Shown: piece by piece, positions 1 to 9,751 of the stretch | Layout of the letters: the number at the start of each line of letters is the position of its first letter | Numbering within the stretch: position 1 is the stretch's first letter | NCBI GenBank assembly: GCA_041746255.1 | Contig: JBGTHM010000035.1 | Span: 1-51,015, forward strand | Direction: 5' to 3' | Length of the DNA stretch: 51,015 bases | DNA from: Fibrobacteria bacterium | GTDB lineage: Bacteria > Fibrobacterota > Fibrobacteria > UBA11236 | Made by a program: the position numbers and the translations under genes | The notes under the pieces: model-generated | What the model was told of the DNA's origin: nothing | Database searches by the model: none | Seen by the model: the letters and a program-made list of their open reading frames with translations, nothing else

Positions 1-1
1 C

Positions 2-1690
2 ACCAAGCCGCTGCCTCTGAACCCCGGCACCACTAATTTGGAGTTCAAGTATTCGCATACCTTTCAGGATACGACCTTTTCCCCGCCCCTCATCAGGGAC
101 ACAATCGTGACGCACAATCTGAAAGTCACCCGAAGCCCCACGGGGACAATCGGGCAAGGCTATACCAAGACCTGCCGGGAGCAATACGGCCTCTCTCTTT
201 TTTCAGGGGTCACAGAACTTACAAAAGTGATCGCAAGCCAGATAAACCTCGAAGCCCGACTCACACCCACTCCGGGAGGCCCCTGTGATAATTGCACCGT
301 GGAAGCAAAGCCCTCTGCCGGTCCCGACCGGGAAGTGCTGCCGTTGGTCTCCGCCGGTCCCTATTTATCGGCGCCTTTTCCGAGATCGGAAAACCTCAAC
401 CCACTTCCCAATGACGGGATCCTCCAGCACAGCGCGTCGGACAGCATCGTGTTGGTATGGACCAATCCGGAGAATCCCTTGGACTTTGTAAGGAAAGCCT
501 ATCCCTACGAACCGCTTCCCGCATCCTTGGAGTTATTTGCCGGAAATACCCGGATAGACGCCATTACGTCGGATCACCGTGAATTGGAAGCGCGTCTGAC
601 GCTGGCCTCGGGAGTTATTTGCAATGATTGCAAGGTGCAGGTCACCACTAAGTTCGGCACCGACAAAGAAACCATTGCGCTTAAACCTTCGGGACTGACT
701 CACAACGGCGGATTTATCCGCGTGGGAAGCAATACTCCCATCCCCGGGGACGGCATCATTCAGCATCTTTCCCCTGACAGCATCATCCTGGTTTGGACCA
801 ACCCCGTCAATAACACGGAAGTTATCCGAAAAAGCTATCCATTCACATACATCGCTCCGACTCTGGCTTTATTTTCAGGCGGCAAGGAGCTTGATACGGT
901 TACGGCTGGGCATAAAGTATTGGAAGCGCGCCTGACTTTACCGAGCGGAGAGATCTGCAATGACTGCGTCGAAGTTCTGCTATCGGGTAGTACGGATCGG
1001 GAAAACCTGTCTATGACCCGTTCGGGACCTTACTACTCGGATACTTTCAAGCGGGAGGTAGGACTCAATCCCACCATGGACAATGGAATCTTGGAGCACC
1101 GCGCCGACGACAGTATCATCCTCATTTATCGGAACCCTCTCGTTCCCTCCCAAGAGATACGCAGAAGCTATCCCTACATACATTTTGAAAATATTGTGAA
1201 TGTCACTCCGCATAACACCGTCGCAGAGCCGACACCAGGCAACGTAACCGGTCCCCAATGGATCATTTCCGGGGCCCCCATGAACAATATCCCCGGATTC
1301 ACGAATACCGGCCCATGCTGCAGCGTACAGCCCACGCCCTTCAACTCACAGAATCCGGACTCGATCAAGATGGTCGGTTTGATTTTGGAGGCATCACGTG
1401 AATTCCGTGCCGAGGTAAAAATATTTTCGAACCTGGGGGAATTTGTAAACCAAATCAATTTTACCGTTCCCAAGTCGGAATTTTTAAACCTTTCTCCGGT
1501 AAAAGACTCGGAGTCACGTACGTTGCGCCTTTTGTGGACTGGTTTAACCAGCAAAGGAACTCTCGCGGGAACAGGCGCCTATATCATCAAGTCCAGGGTA
1601 ACCCTATTGCCGATACCTGGAATCACACAGGGTCCACCGCCTGTCGAATCGGTGCGAAAGATAGGCTTAATGCGTTCTGGGTCTAATTAG
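2..1690 (+). CDS. 5'-truncated large extracellular protein with three ~112-aa tandem repeats and a fibro-slime-type C-terminal domain
   Basis: The frame is open from base 2, so the TTG at 38 is not a true start. Repeats LxLFxG...LEARLT...CxxC...D[RK]E...DGIxxH...DSIxLxxxNP...RKxYP[YF] start near 188, 524 and 860. The C-terminus (IFSNLGEFVNQ...GTGAYI) matches that of 4970..7126. Confidence 0.75.
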   Translation, partial: TKPLPLNPGTTNLEFKYSHTFQDTTFSPPLIRDTIVTHNLKVTRSPTGTIGQGYTKTCREQYGLSLFSGVTELTKVIASQINLEARLTPTPGGPCDNCTVEAKPSAGPDREVLPLVSAGPYLSAPFPRSENLNPLPNDGILQHSASDSIVLVWTNPENPLDFVRKAYPYEPLPASLELFAGNTRIDAITSDHRELEARLTLASGVICNDCKVQVTTKFGTDKETIALKPSGLTHNGGFIRVGSNTPIPGDGIIQHLSPDSIILVWTNPVNNTEVIRKSYPFTYIAPTLALFSGGKELDTVTAGHKVLEARLTLPSGEICNDCVEVLLSGSTDRENLSMTRSGPYYSDTFKREVGLNPTMDNGILEHRADDSIILIYRNPLVPSQEIRRSYPYIHFENIVNVTPHNTVAEPTPGNVTGPQWIISGAPMNNIPGFTNTGPCCSVQPTPFNSQNPDSIKMVGLILEASREFRAEVKIFSNLGEFVNQINFTVPKSEFLNLSPVKDSESRTLRLLWTGLTSKGTLAGTGAYIIKSRVTLLPIPGITQGPPPVESVRKIGLMRSGSN

Positions 1691-1808
1691 GGACGATAAG
1701 ATAGGCCGGTTTCGCCAATAAAGTTCCCGGCGAACCGCAAATGACGTTAATATATCCTTTGGAAGCCGACTCCAACCCCAAACGGGGTTGTGAGCTTCTG
1801 GAGGTGCT

Positions 1809-3341
1809 ATGCAAAAACCCAACCCTCTCCTTTTTCAACTACCCTGCTTCATCCTGCTCGGTTTGGCGCAGGTCTTAGCCGCCACAACCTATCGCGTCGG
1901 TCCCGGACAACCGCTGGCTTCCATCGGGGAGGCTCCCTGGGCAACCCTCATGCCCGGCGACTCGGTGCTTATCTACCATCGCAACGAACCCTACCGGGAA
2001 AAGTGGGTCATCAATCGGCAGGGAACCGCATCACAGCGAATCGTAGTAAGCGGAGTGCCGAATGTGGCCGGACACTTGCCGGTTATCGAAGGAGAAAATG
2101 CGGTGCAACCTTCCAACCTCAATTATTGGTCGGAAACGCGTGGACTTATCAAAATAGGGGGATCCAATGTACCGGCCGACGGCATGCCGGCTTTCATAAC
2201 CTTGGAAAATCTGGAAATCCGCAACGCGCGCCCTCCCTTTACCTTCACGGGGCGTGACGGCGAAATCGCCTATGCAGGAAATGCGGCTTCCATTTTTTTG
2301 GAAAAAGGTCGTGATATCCTGATCCGCAACTGCGTGTTGCGCGGTTCGGGGAACGGCTTCTTCAGCGCCTCACAATCCGAGCAGGTGGTGGTGGAGCGCT
2401 CCCATATTTTCGACAATGGGAAAGCAGGCAGCATCTACGAACACAACAATTACACTGAATCCAAGGGCATCACCTTCCAGTACAACCTGTTCGGACCTTT
2501 GCGCGCAGGTTGTCCCGGTAACAATCTTAAGGATCGCTCCTCCAGATCCGTTATCCGCTATAACCGCATTGAGGGCGGTAACCGCCAGCTGGACTTGGTC
2601 GATTCGGATCATGCCGCCATTGGCGGTTCACCGGAGTATCGAAACACTTATGTGTATGGAAATGTTCTGGTCGAGCCGGAGGGGGCAGGCAACCGCCAAA
2701 TCGTGCATTATGGAGGCGACAGCGGCAATGAGAGCGCTTATCGCGGAGGTGTCCTTCACTTTTTCCATAATACCGTGGTTTCCACCCGGCCCGATCGGAC
2801 GGTTATGTTCCGACTCTCCAGCGCGGGGGAATCGGTGGATGCCTGGAATAATCTCTTTTATGTTTCCGCCGCCGGTACAACTCTTTTCATACTGGAAGAC
2901 GGCGGTAAGGCGCGTCTGTCTGGCAATTGGCTGAAATCGGGATGGCAAAAAAGCGTCAGCCTTGCCGGTGCCGATGTAACGGAATCCGGAAAAAATCTTT
3001 CCGGCGCCGACCCGGGCTTCGCGAATGGAGAAACTTTCCATTTGTCGTCGGGTTCTCCCGCTATCGACCTAGGCCAGGTACTTCCCGGTAATTTGGCGGT
3101 TACCCATGGCGTATCCGGCGAATATCTCGGTCCAGGCTTAAGCGGCACGCGACAAGATGTCGGCAGTCCCGATGCGGGCGCCTTCGCTTTTGTTTCGGCA
3201 ACCGGAATCGGGGGGCCGGGAGCAATGCATTTACGAAAAGGCGAAAATATTTCGCGTTCGCATCCCACTCTAACCCGCTGGATGTGGGCAACCCGCCAAG
3301 GATGGCGGAATTTGCTGGGCGTTTGGTCGGGACCGGAATAA
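1809..3341 (+). CDS. Secreted right-handed parallel beta-helix (pectate-lyase-like fold) putative polysaccharide-degrading protein
   Basis: Signal peptide (...LAQVLA). N/G/I-rich beta-helix patterns (ITLENLEIRN, ILIRNCVL, VYGNVL, FFHNTV) and a C-terminal FHLSSGSPAIDLG...PDAGAF motif. Confidence 0.65.
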   Translation: MQKPNPLLFQLPCFILLGLAQVLAATTYRVGPGQPLASIGEAPWATLMPGDSVLIYHRNEPYREKWVINRQGTASQRIVVSGVPNVAGHLPVIEGENAVQPSNLNYWSETRGLIKIGGSNVPADGMPAFITLENLEIRNARPPFTFTGRDGEIAYAGNAASIFLEKGRDILIRNCVLRGSGNGFFSASQSEQVVVERSHIFDNGKAGSIYEHNNYTESKGITFQYNLFGPLRAGCPGNNLKDRSSRSVIRYNRIEGGNRQLDLVDSDHAAIGGSPEYRNTYVYGNVLVEPEGAGNRQIVHYGGDSGNESAYRGGVLHFFHNTVVSTRPDRTVMFRLSSAGESVDAWNNLFYVSAAGTTLFILEDGGKARLSGNWLKSGWQKSVSLAGADVTESGKNLSGADPGFANGETFHLSSGSPAIDLGQVLPGNLAVTHGVSGEYLGPGLSGTRQDVGSPDAGAFAFVSATGIGGPGAMHLRKGENISRSHPTLTRWMWATRQGWRNLLGVWSGPE

Positions 3342-3378
3342 CTTAGCCGGTGAAATCGGGAATAACTTATTTAGGGGA

Positions 3379-3882
3379 ATGCCGCGGTTCCCAATCTTTG
3401 CTCTAGTCCTGTTTTTCTGCCAGGCCAGCCCGTCGCAGCCTCCGGGGAAGCTTCTCCCTTATACAACCGCCGCATTGCATACCCTTTTGCCCATAGCCAC
3501 GGGCTACTATCTCCATCATCGCTCGCATGAAACCGTGCAATCTTTTGGCACTTTGCTTGGCGCTTATGGTTTCATCGCCGGCCCTTCCATGGGAAATTAT
3601 CTACTCAACGACAATGCGCGGGGCATGGCCGGAGTGGTTTTCCGAACGGCGGGAGCCGCTTTTTCGGGAGTGGGCCTCTTTCACAATCTCTACCCTTCAC
3701 CCAATAGACAAGACGACCCGGGTCATGGGGCACTGCTCTTCGTTGGCCTCACCTCCGCAATTTGGAATGTGCTTTCCCTGGAACAATCCAGGAAAGAATT
3801 CCAGGAATCAGGGTTATTCCGGTTTAGCATCGCTCCCTATGGATTGCGAGGCTCGGAAATATCCTTAAGATTGGGTTTTTAA
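3379..3882 (+). CDS. Hypothetical exported/membrane protein
   Basis: 167-aa ORF with signal-like N-terminus, hydrophobic segments and C-terminal ...ISLRLGF. Confidence 0.55.
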   Translation: MPRFPIFALVLFFCQASPSQPPGKLLPYTTAALHTLLPIATGYYLHHRSHETVQSFGTLLGAYGFIAGPSMGNYLLNDNARGMAGVVFRTAGAAFSGVGLFHNLYPSPNRQDDPGHGALLFVGLTSAIWNVLSLEQSRKEFQESGLFRFSIAPYGLRGSEISLRLGF

Positions 3883-4055
3883 GCGGGAAACGTCCTTTTT
3901 TCGCTTAAAAAAACCAAAGATTTCCGGTCTCAACCCGATAGGTGTTATTAGAATGAAATGAATCGGGTCCAGAATGAGTTTAATTGAGCCATTTAGTGCG
4001 GCAATATGCGGTAGTTTGGAAGAAATCGCATTGGTTCGAAAATAAGGAGTAGGGC

Positions 4056-4841
4056 ATGTACTAGGTGACTTTGGCAATGGGAGCGACACTTATTTTGTCG
4101 GCTCCCATCGAAGCCCAGAATAACCCAGGCGCGAAATCCGTCCCGATTATCCTTCGCGACTTCAACAGTTCGCATCCCGACTTCGAAAGACCTCCTTGTT
4201 TCGGAGGCGAGGGTATGGTACAACCCCAACTGAATTCCAATGGAAAGCCATATAATACACCGGATAATGTTTGCCCCAATTCCGACATCGAGGGATGATT
4301 CACCGATGACCCCCAAAATACGCGCTATGAGCGTGAACTGGTCTTGACCCCTGTTCCCGGGAGACCGAATCACTTTGAACACGTCAATCCGACCTTTTTC
4401 CCAATCGATGACGCTCCCACCAACGAAAGAATTTTCCGGGATGCGGATTTCAATCAAATCCGGAATTTCCATTTCTGCCTGGAAATGAACGCCTCATTCC
4501 AATACCGAGGTGGTGAGGTTTTCGAATTTTTGGGAGATGATGATATCTGGGCTTTCATCAATAGAAAACTCGCCGTGGATATCGGCGGAGTACATGCCGC
4601 CCGGGCCGGCTCGGTCAACCTGGACCAGGACGCCGCCAAACTGGGGATAACCGTGGGGAACCATTACGATTTAGACTTTTTCTATTGCGAAAGAAACACG
4701 GGCACCGGCGCATACATCGCTCGTGGCTGGGTGGAGACCAAAGGGGAAGCTACCGCAGGCCCCTTAGGTGAGCCGGTAATCGTGGACCCCTCCAAACAAC
4801 TCATCCTCCACCGCTTCGGATACGTGCAAAAAACCCAATAA
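4056..4841 (+). pseudogene. Disrupted, internally deleted fibro-slime paralog
   Basis: RBS AAGGAG then ATG 4056. In-frame TAG 4062-4064 and TGA 4296-4298; the TGA aligns with Trp of DIRGWFTD in the intact paralog. ORFs 4065..4298 and 4344..4841 are in one frame. CERNTG is joined directly to TGAYIARGWVET. Confidence 0.85.
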
Positions 4842-4969
4842 CCGTACTCACTTGGGAACAGTTTCTTTAAGTCCCTTCGATTATTGGCCAGCGGAATCGC
4901 CCAGACGCGGTAGATTCGAGGATTAGGATTCTCCGAAGTATCCTGTCGACGAACCCAAAGAGGCATTCT

Positions 4970-7126
4970 ATGCAAAGAATCGTGGTGGGAATTGGATCGG
5001 TAATGTTGTTATGGGTAGCGGGTGTGGCTCAGATTACGGAAAGCGTGAAAACCATGCCCGTGGTCATCCGGGATTTCAACTCTTCCCACCCCGACTTCGA
5101 GAATAGCGCCTGTCGAGGCGGCGTAGGCATGGTGCAGCCCACGCTCGGACCGGACGGAAAACCTTTCAATACTCCGGCAAATGTCTGCCCCGAAGCCGAC
5201 ATCCGGGGATGGTTCACCGACGGCCCCGATAACACCCGCTATTGCACCGACCTCCCCTTTACCCCCGTTTCCGGGAACGATCATTTCTATCAGCATAAAA
5301 ACCCCCTGTTTTTCCCCATCGATGACGTTCCCACCAGTGAAAACACCTTTCGGGATACGGATACCAAGCAAATCCGAAATTTTCATTTCTGCATGGAGAT
5401 GCACTCCAGCTTCCAATATCGGGGAGGTGAGGTTTTCGAATTCACGGGTGATGACGATATCTGGGTCTTCATCAATAAAAAACTGGCCGTGGATATCGGA
5501 GGTATTCATCCCGCCTTGCAAGGCAGTGTCAACCTGGATGAAAAACGCACCGAACTCGGCATCGAAGTGGGTAAGCATTATGATCTGGATTTCTTCTACT
5601 GCGAGAGGAAGACCGGCCGCTCCCAATTCCACCTCACCACCAGCATCGACTTGGTGCCTCCGGAGCCGCCCCGGCTCCATATCGGAAATGCCACCGGTGA
5701 TCCCTATCCCGCCGGGAGTACGGTGACGGTGGATGGCGCGACGGGTGTGGCCGTATTTACCGGCATGGCCACCCGCAAAGTAAGAGAGAGCAAGGATTGC
5801 AACACCACGGAGGTGGAGAAATCCGGGCTCACCGAAGGCAATTGGACTTTCGCGGGTCAGACCTTGCCAAAATCCAACCGTGCCGAAATCGATCCCTCGC
5901 TGTTTCCGGAAGGCGTCCATGAGCTCGTCTTCACCACCGATGGCCAGCAAGCCAGCCAACTTGTTTTGATCAAATGGATTCCCTCCCGCGCCATAACCGG
6001 TTATTATCAGGATCGCGACGGTGATGGCCGTATCGAAACCGCGGTTCTTCACTTCGACGCCAATTTTAAAGCGGCTCCCGCGTCGATAACCTTCACGGAT
6101 CCATTCGCTCCGAAAACAGCCCTGACGCCCCTATCTGCTGAAACTTCAGGCCAGGTGGTAACCTTTTCGCTACCTCCCTTCGCTCCCGGAACGGGATTTC
6201 CTGCGGACAGCCTGGCCTCCATCCTTGCTCAAGCGGGATTTTTCGAGGCGCATCGCGCGGTAATGCATGATTCCGTCGGCCCAGTGGCAATAACGGCGAC
6301 CACTCACCCCTCAACCAGGCCCTATTCTCCCTCCGTTCTGGAAGTGAGGTTCTCCGAAGGGGTGACGTTGGCTCCCAATCTGTTTCCTTTTGAGATCATC
6401 CGGGCCGGAGTTCCCATACCCGCGAATGAAATCATACTCGTCGACGTTACACTGCTCGCCCCCGGCCGCTACGGTTTTACCTTCGCACCCGGATCCAAAT
6501 ACCCCGTGCCGGGAGATAGTCTACGGGTTCTGGACGCCGCCGCGCAAGACCCGCATGGCACTCCCAGCCGTATGCGTACTTACATTCCCATTGGCGGAGA
6601 GCCGGCCCGATTGGAGGCAAAGGTGGAGGTAGAACTGCAAAAACCTTATGTCAATGGACCCCATTTCACAACCCGTCCCTTGGCCAACCCGGTTGTTTTC
6701 CATGGCGGCGGCACCTGCATCAATTGCGCAGAGCCCCGTTTCGCGGGATTGACACCCATTTTAGATCCGGCCACTTTGCCGACATGGGGGCCTACCTGGA
6801 CCATTAACACCGAGTTTCCCTTTCGCTACAACTTTTTCTTTTATGACAATCTCGGCCAGTATATAAACCAGGCGCAGGGTGAGATCCTTGCCGACGCGCT
6901 TCAATCCATACGGAATGCCACGAATTCGGGGGACACGGTCTCCTTATCGATGACCTTTCTCCCGGTCAGTTCGGGTGGCCGCTTGTTGGGAACCGGAGCC
7001 TATATCGCACGAGGGTGGGTGGAGACTGCAGGAGAACTTACCGTTGGGGCGCAGGGCGAACCCGTGCACATGGTCCCGGATCGGAAGCTCGTCCTGCTTC
7101 GTTTCGGCTATGTACGCAAGGAATGA
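4970..7126 (+). CDS. Fibro-slime (PA14-related) domain secreted protein
   Basis: Signal peptide. Motifs IRDFNSSHPDFE, FFPID, NFHFCMEMH, FTGDDDIWVFINKKLAVDIGGIH and LDFFYCER. C-terminal FYDNLGQYINQ...LGTGAYI. Confidence 0.9.
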   Translation: MQRIVVGIGSVMLLWVAGVAQITESVKTMPVVIRDFNSSHPDFENSACRGGVGMVQPTLGPDGKPFNTPANVCPEADIRGWFTDGPDNTRYCTDLPFTPVSGNDHFYQHKNPLFFPIDDVPTSENTFRDTDTKQIRNFHFCMEMHSSFQYRGGEVFEFTGDDDIWVFINKKLAVDIGGIHPALQGSVNLDEKRTELGIEVGKHYDLDFFYCERKTGRSQFHLTTSIDLVPPEPPRLHIGNATGDPYPAGSTVTVDGATGVAVFTGMATRKVRESKDCNTTEVEKSGLTEGNWTFAGQTLPKSNRAEIDPSLFPEGVHELVFTTDGQQASQLVLIKWIPSRAITGYYQDRDGDGRIETAVLHFDANFKAAPASITFTDPFAPKTALTPLSAETSGQVVTFSLPPFAPGTGFPADSLASILAQAGFFEAHRAVMHDSVGPVAITATTHPSTRPYSPSVLEVRFSEGVTLAPNLFPFEIIRAGVPIPANEIILVDVTLLAPGRYGFTFAPGSKYPVPGDSLRVLDAAAQDPHGTPSRMRTYIPIGGEPARLEAKVEVELQKPYVNGPHFTTRPLANPVVFHGGGTCINCAEPRFAGLTPILDPATLPTWGPTWTINTEFPFRYNFFFYDNLGQYINQAQGEILADALQSIRNATNSGDTVSLSMTFLPVSSGGRLLGTGAYIARGWVETAGELTVGAQGEPVHMVPDRKLVLLRFGYVRKE

Positions 7127-7137
7127 AATCCGATCCC

Positions 7138-7791
7138 TTAAATTTCGGCTGCGGCGGCCTTATCCAGAATAAGAATGGGATTGGCATGCCCCTTAAGCGC
7201 CCGCGTGATCGGCAAGCTCAGGTCTGCGTCGACCAGCCTTTTCACCAACGAGGCCTTGCCCGCGCCCAATACCACCGTGATAAGCTCCCGCGCATCCCAT
7301 AACACACGTAACCCCAAAGTGACCCGAGGGACGGGAGGCTTGGGACTGGAGGTTTCCAATACCAACGTTTGGGTATCGTCCAGCGCCTTGTCTCCCGGGA
7401 AGAGCGAAGCGGTATGGCCGTCGTCACCCATACCTAGAAACACCTGATCGAATATCACCCTATCTCCGAAATTCGTAAGCAGCAGGCTGTGAAATTGCGT
7501 GCCCGAGACCGCTAAATTTTCCTTTTGCTCGCGAATGCCCAAGGGCGCGAAAAGGCGATCGAAGGCCACTTTCCAATTGTTGCCGGGCTCTTCGAAACCC
7601 ACCTTCCGTTCATCGACGGGATAGAAGTGCAGGTTTTTCACTTCCGGCCCTCGCTTCAGCAGTTCTTTTTTCCAAATGTCGAAGAGTTCGGCATAAGTGC
7701 CGCCGCCGGAAAGGGCGATATTGGGACCGCGCAGAAATTCCAGGGACTTTTGCCCCACTTCTTCCAGTGTATCAAAAACAAAGGTTTGCAT
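7138..7791 (-). CDS. pgl: 6-phosphogluconolactonase
   Basis: ALSGGGT, VDERKV, LGMGDDGHTASLFP and PKPPVPRVTL motifs. Confidence 0.9.
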   Translation of the reverse strand: MQTFVFDTLEEVGQKSLEFLRGPNIALSGGGTYAELFDIWKKELLKRGPEVKNLHFYPVDERKVGFEEPGNNWKVAFDRLFAPLGIREQKENLAVSGTQFHSLLLTNFGDRVIFDQVFLGMGDDGHTASLFPGDKALDDTQTLVLETSSPKPPVPRVTLGLRVLWDARELITVVLGAGKASLVKRLVDADLSLPITRALKGHANPILILDKAAAAEI

Positions 7792-7940
7792 ACGGATTCC
7801 TGTCGCGAGGCGTTTAAAAGGGGAATATAAATTTTATCCTACCTCTCCGGAGCGGCAAAAATTCCCGCTCATCGCATCCGGAATTTGGGCCTGGGAGCGA
7901 CCTGGAATTACCTTTCCTTCCAAGGAATTTACGGCTGACT

Positions 7941-8273
7941 ATGTTTCGATTTCTCGCAAGCGCCCTCTCCTCTCTTTCGCTGCTGGCCAGCGGAGTGCTG
8001 ATCTGGGCCTCGGATATTTTTCCGCAAAAATTACCCGGCACGGCCGCGGGATGGGTGAGCACCTGGTTCGATCTTTTTCAGAACCCCATTTTCGCCTTTT
8101 TTATTTTCGTACTGGCGCTGACGGTGGTGATGGGCAGTTGGTTCATCACGGAAATCGTACTGGGACTTGCATACTCCCTGGTAGCCGCTACCTTGGCATT
8201 CGTATGCTTTCTCGGTTTTCTTTCTTTGCACTACCCCGCCCTGGAATTCACGCTGGTCAACCTGCTGCGATGA
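7941..8273 (+). CDS. Hypothetical small membrane protein (about 3 TM)
   Basis: 110-aa strongly hydrophobic ORF; its stop overlaps the next start (ATGA). Confidence 0.7.
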   Translation: MFRFLASALSSLSLLASGVLIWASDIFPQKLPGTAAGWVSTWFDLFQNPIFAFFIFVLALTVVMGSWFITEIVLGLAYSLVAATLAFVCFLGFLSLHYPALEFTLVNLLR

Positions 8274-8605
8274 ACTTGCAGATTTTCGGCCGCCGCGATT
8301 GCCCAGAAACCCGCAAGGCCGAGCGCTGGTTCAAAGAGCGCCACATCCCTTTCCAATTCGTCGATTTGAAGCTGAAGGGCCTCTCGAAAAGGGAACTCGA
8401 AAGCGTGGCCCGCCCCATCGGTTGGGACAACCTGATTGACAGGGAGGGACGTCGCTTCCGTGAAAAAGGCTTGGCGCATATGTCGCCGGGACGCGTGCAG
8501 GAAGTGCTTTTGGACGACTCGCTTTTGTGCAAAACCCCGATAGTCCGCAACGGCGCCCAGGCGACCTTGGGGTTCACGCCCGAAGAGTGGAAGCAGTGGA
8601 AGTAA
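8270..8605 (+). CDS. ArsC/Spx/MgsR (YffB-like) family protein
   Basis: MNLQIFGRRDCPETRKAERWFKER...KTPIVRNG...LGF. The start is ATG 8270, within the longer 7697..8605 ORF. Confidence 0.85.
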   Translation: MNLQIFGRRDCPETRKAERWFKERHIPFQFVDLKLKGLSKRELESVARPIGWDNLIDREGRRFREKGLAHMSPGRVQEVLLDDSLLCKTPIVRNGAQATLGFTPEEWKQWK

Positions 8606-8609
8606 CCGA

Positions 8610-9695
8610 TCAAACTTCCGGCTTGGCTTCAGCCCGTTTTTTCACCGCCTCTTTCACATCCTCGCGGAATTTTCGCAAAGCCATGGCCGTGGTTTCCCAG
8701 CCCAAACACGGGTCGGTGATGGAAAGGCCGTATTGCAAGTTTTTTACATCAGCCTGTAGCGGCTGATTCCCCGGCTGCAAATTACTCTCCACCATTACTC
8801 CTATCACGGATTGATTTCCACTCCGGATTTGGCGGCCCAATTCCTTGAGCACGTCCGCCTGATGTTCGGGCTGCTTATGCGAATTGCCGTGGCTGCAATC
8901 CACCATGATGTTGATGGGTAACCCGGCCTTACGCAGCGCCTTCTCGCACGCGGAAATGCTTTGAGCGTCGTAATTGGGACCCTGATCCCCTCCCCGGAGG
9001 ATGATATGCGTGTGCGGATTTCCCTTGGTGCGGATAATCGCGACATTCCCTTCGGGGTTCACGCTGAGAAAGTTGTTGGGCGATGCCGCCGAAAGCATGC
9101 CGTTCACCGCCGCGGCGATGTTCCCGGTAGTTCCGTTTTTGAAACCAACCGCGCAGGAAAAGCCGCTGGCCATTTTGCGGTGCGACTGCGACTCGGTAGT
9201 CCGGGCGCCGATGGCCGTCCACGAGAATAAATCCTGCACGTATTGGGGCGTGACCAAATCCAGCGCTTCGCCCGCCGCGGGCAGCTCGAGTTCGGCCAGG
9301 TCCAAAAGCAGCTTGCGCGCCAAATACAAACCTTCGTCGATGCGGCACGTCCCGTCCAGACGGGGATCGTTGATGAATCCCTGCCAGCCCACCTGAGTAC
9401 GGGGCTTTTCAAAATACACGCGCATCGCCACCAGCAGGGTGTCTTCCACTTCTTCGGCCAGGGTTTTAAGGCGCAGGGCGTAGGCATAAGTGGCTTCCAC
9501 ATCATGCACCGAGCAGGGACCTACCACCACGAATACACGCGGATCTTTTCGCTCGAGGATTTCCTTTACCGCGCTCCGGCCTGATAATACCGTTTGCGCG
9601 GCTTTCTCCGTCAAAGGCAGGCGCCGCTTCAGCTCTGCGGGCGTGAGGATGGCGTCTTCGGAAAAGACGTGGAGATTCTCGATGCCTGTGTCCAT
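8610..9695 (-). CDS. 3-deoxy-7-phosphoheptulonate (DAHP) synthase, class I-alpha (AroF/G/H type)
   Basis: GPCSVHD, MRVYFEKPRT, IGARTTESQSHR, GFKNGT, VDCSHGNS and SITDPCLGW. Confidence 0.95.
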   Translation of the reverse strand: MDTGIENLHVFSEDAILTPAELKRRLPLTEKAAQTVLSGRSAVKEILERKDPRVFVVVGPCSVHDVEATYAYALRLKTLAEEVEDTLLVAMRVYFEKPRTQVGWQGFINDPRLDGTCRIDEGLYLARKLLLDLAELELPAAGEALDLVTPQYVQDLFSWTAIGARTTESQSHRKMASGFSCAVGFKNGTTGNIAAAVNGMLSAASPNNFLSVNPEGNVAIIRTKGNPHTHIILRGGDQGPNYDAQSISACEKALRKAGLPINIMVDCSHGNSHKQPEHQADVLKELGRQIRSGNQSVIGVMVESNLQPGNQPLQADVKNLQYGLSITDPCLGWETTAMALRKFREDVKEAVKKRAEAKPEV

Positions 9696-9751
9696 GCCGG
9701 CCCTCCGGGGGAGCTACCGGTATTGGCGCTTCCCACATAGCCTTTATGGTA

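Noticed and set aside
4296..4298. TGA at a conserved Trp position suggesting UGA=Trp recoding or selenocysteine
   Set aside because: TGA is a normal stop for many intact genes here (7126, 13918, 30345, 47116), the position is Trp rather than Cys, and the same ORF has a TAG and a large deletion.
4130..5620. Fibro-slime duplicate as a DGR template/variable repeat pair
   Set aside because: Differences involve all four bases and are largely synonymous rather than adenine-specific; there is no reverse transcriptase in the window.
7697..8269. N-terminal 191 aa of the 302-aa ORF
   Set aside because: It overlaps pgl and the 7941..8273 membrane gene; ArsC-like similarity starts only at ATG 8270.
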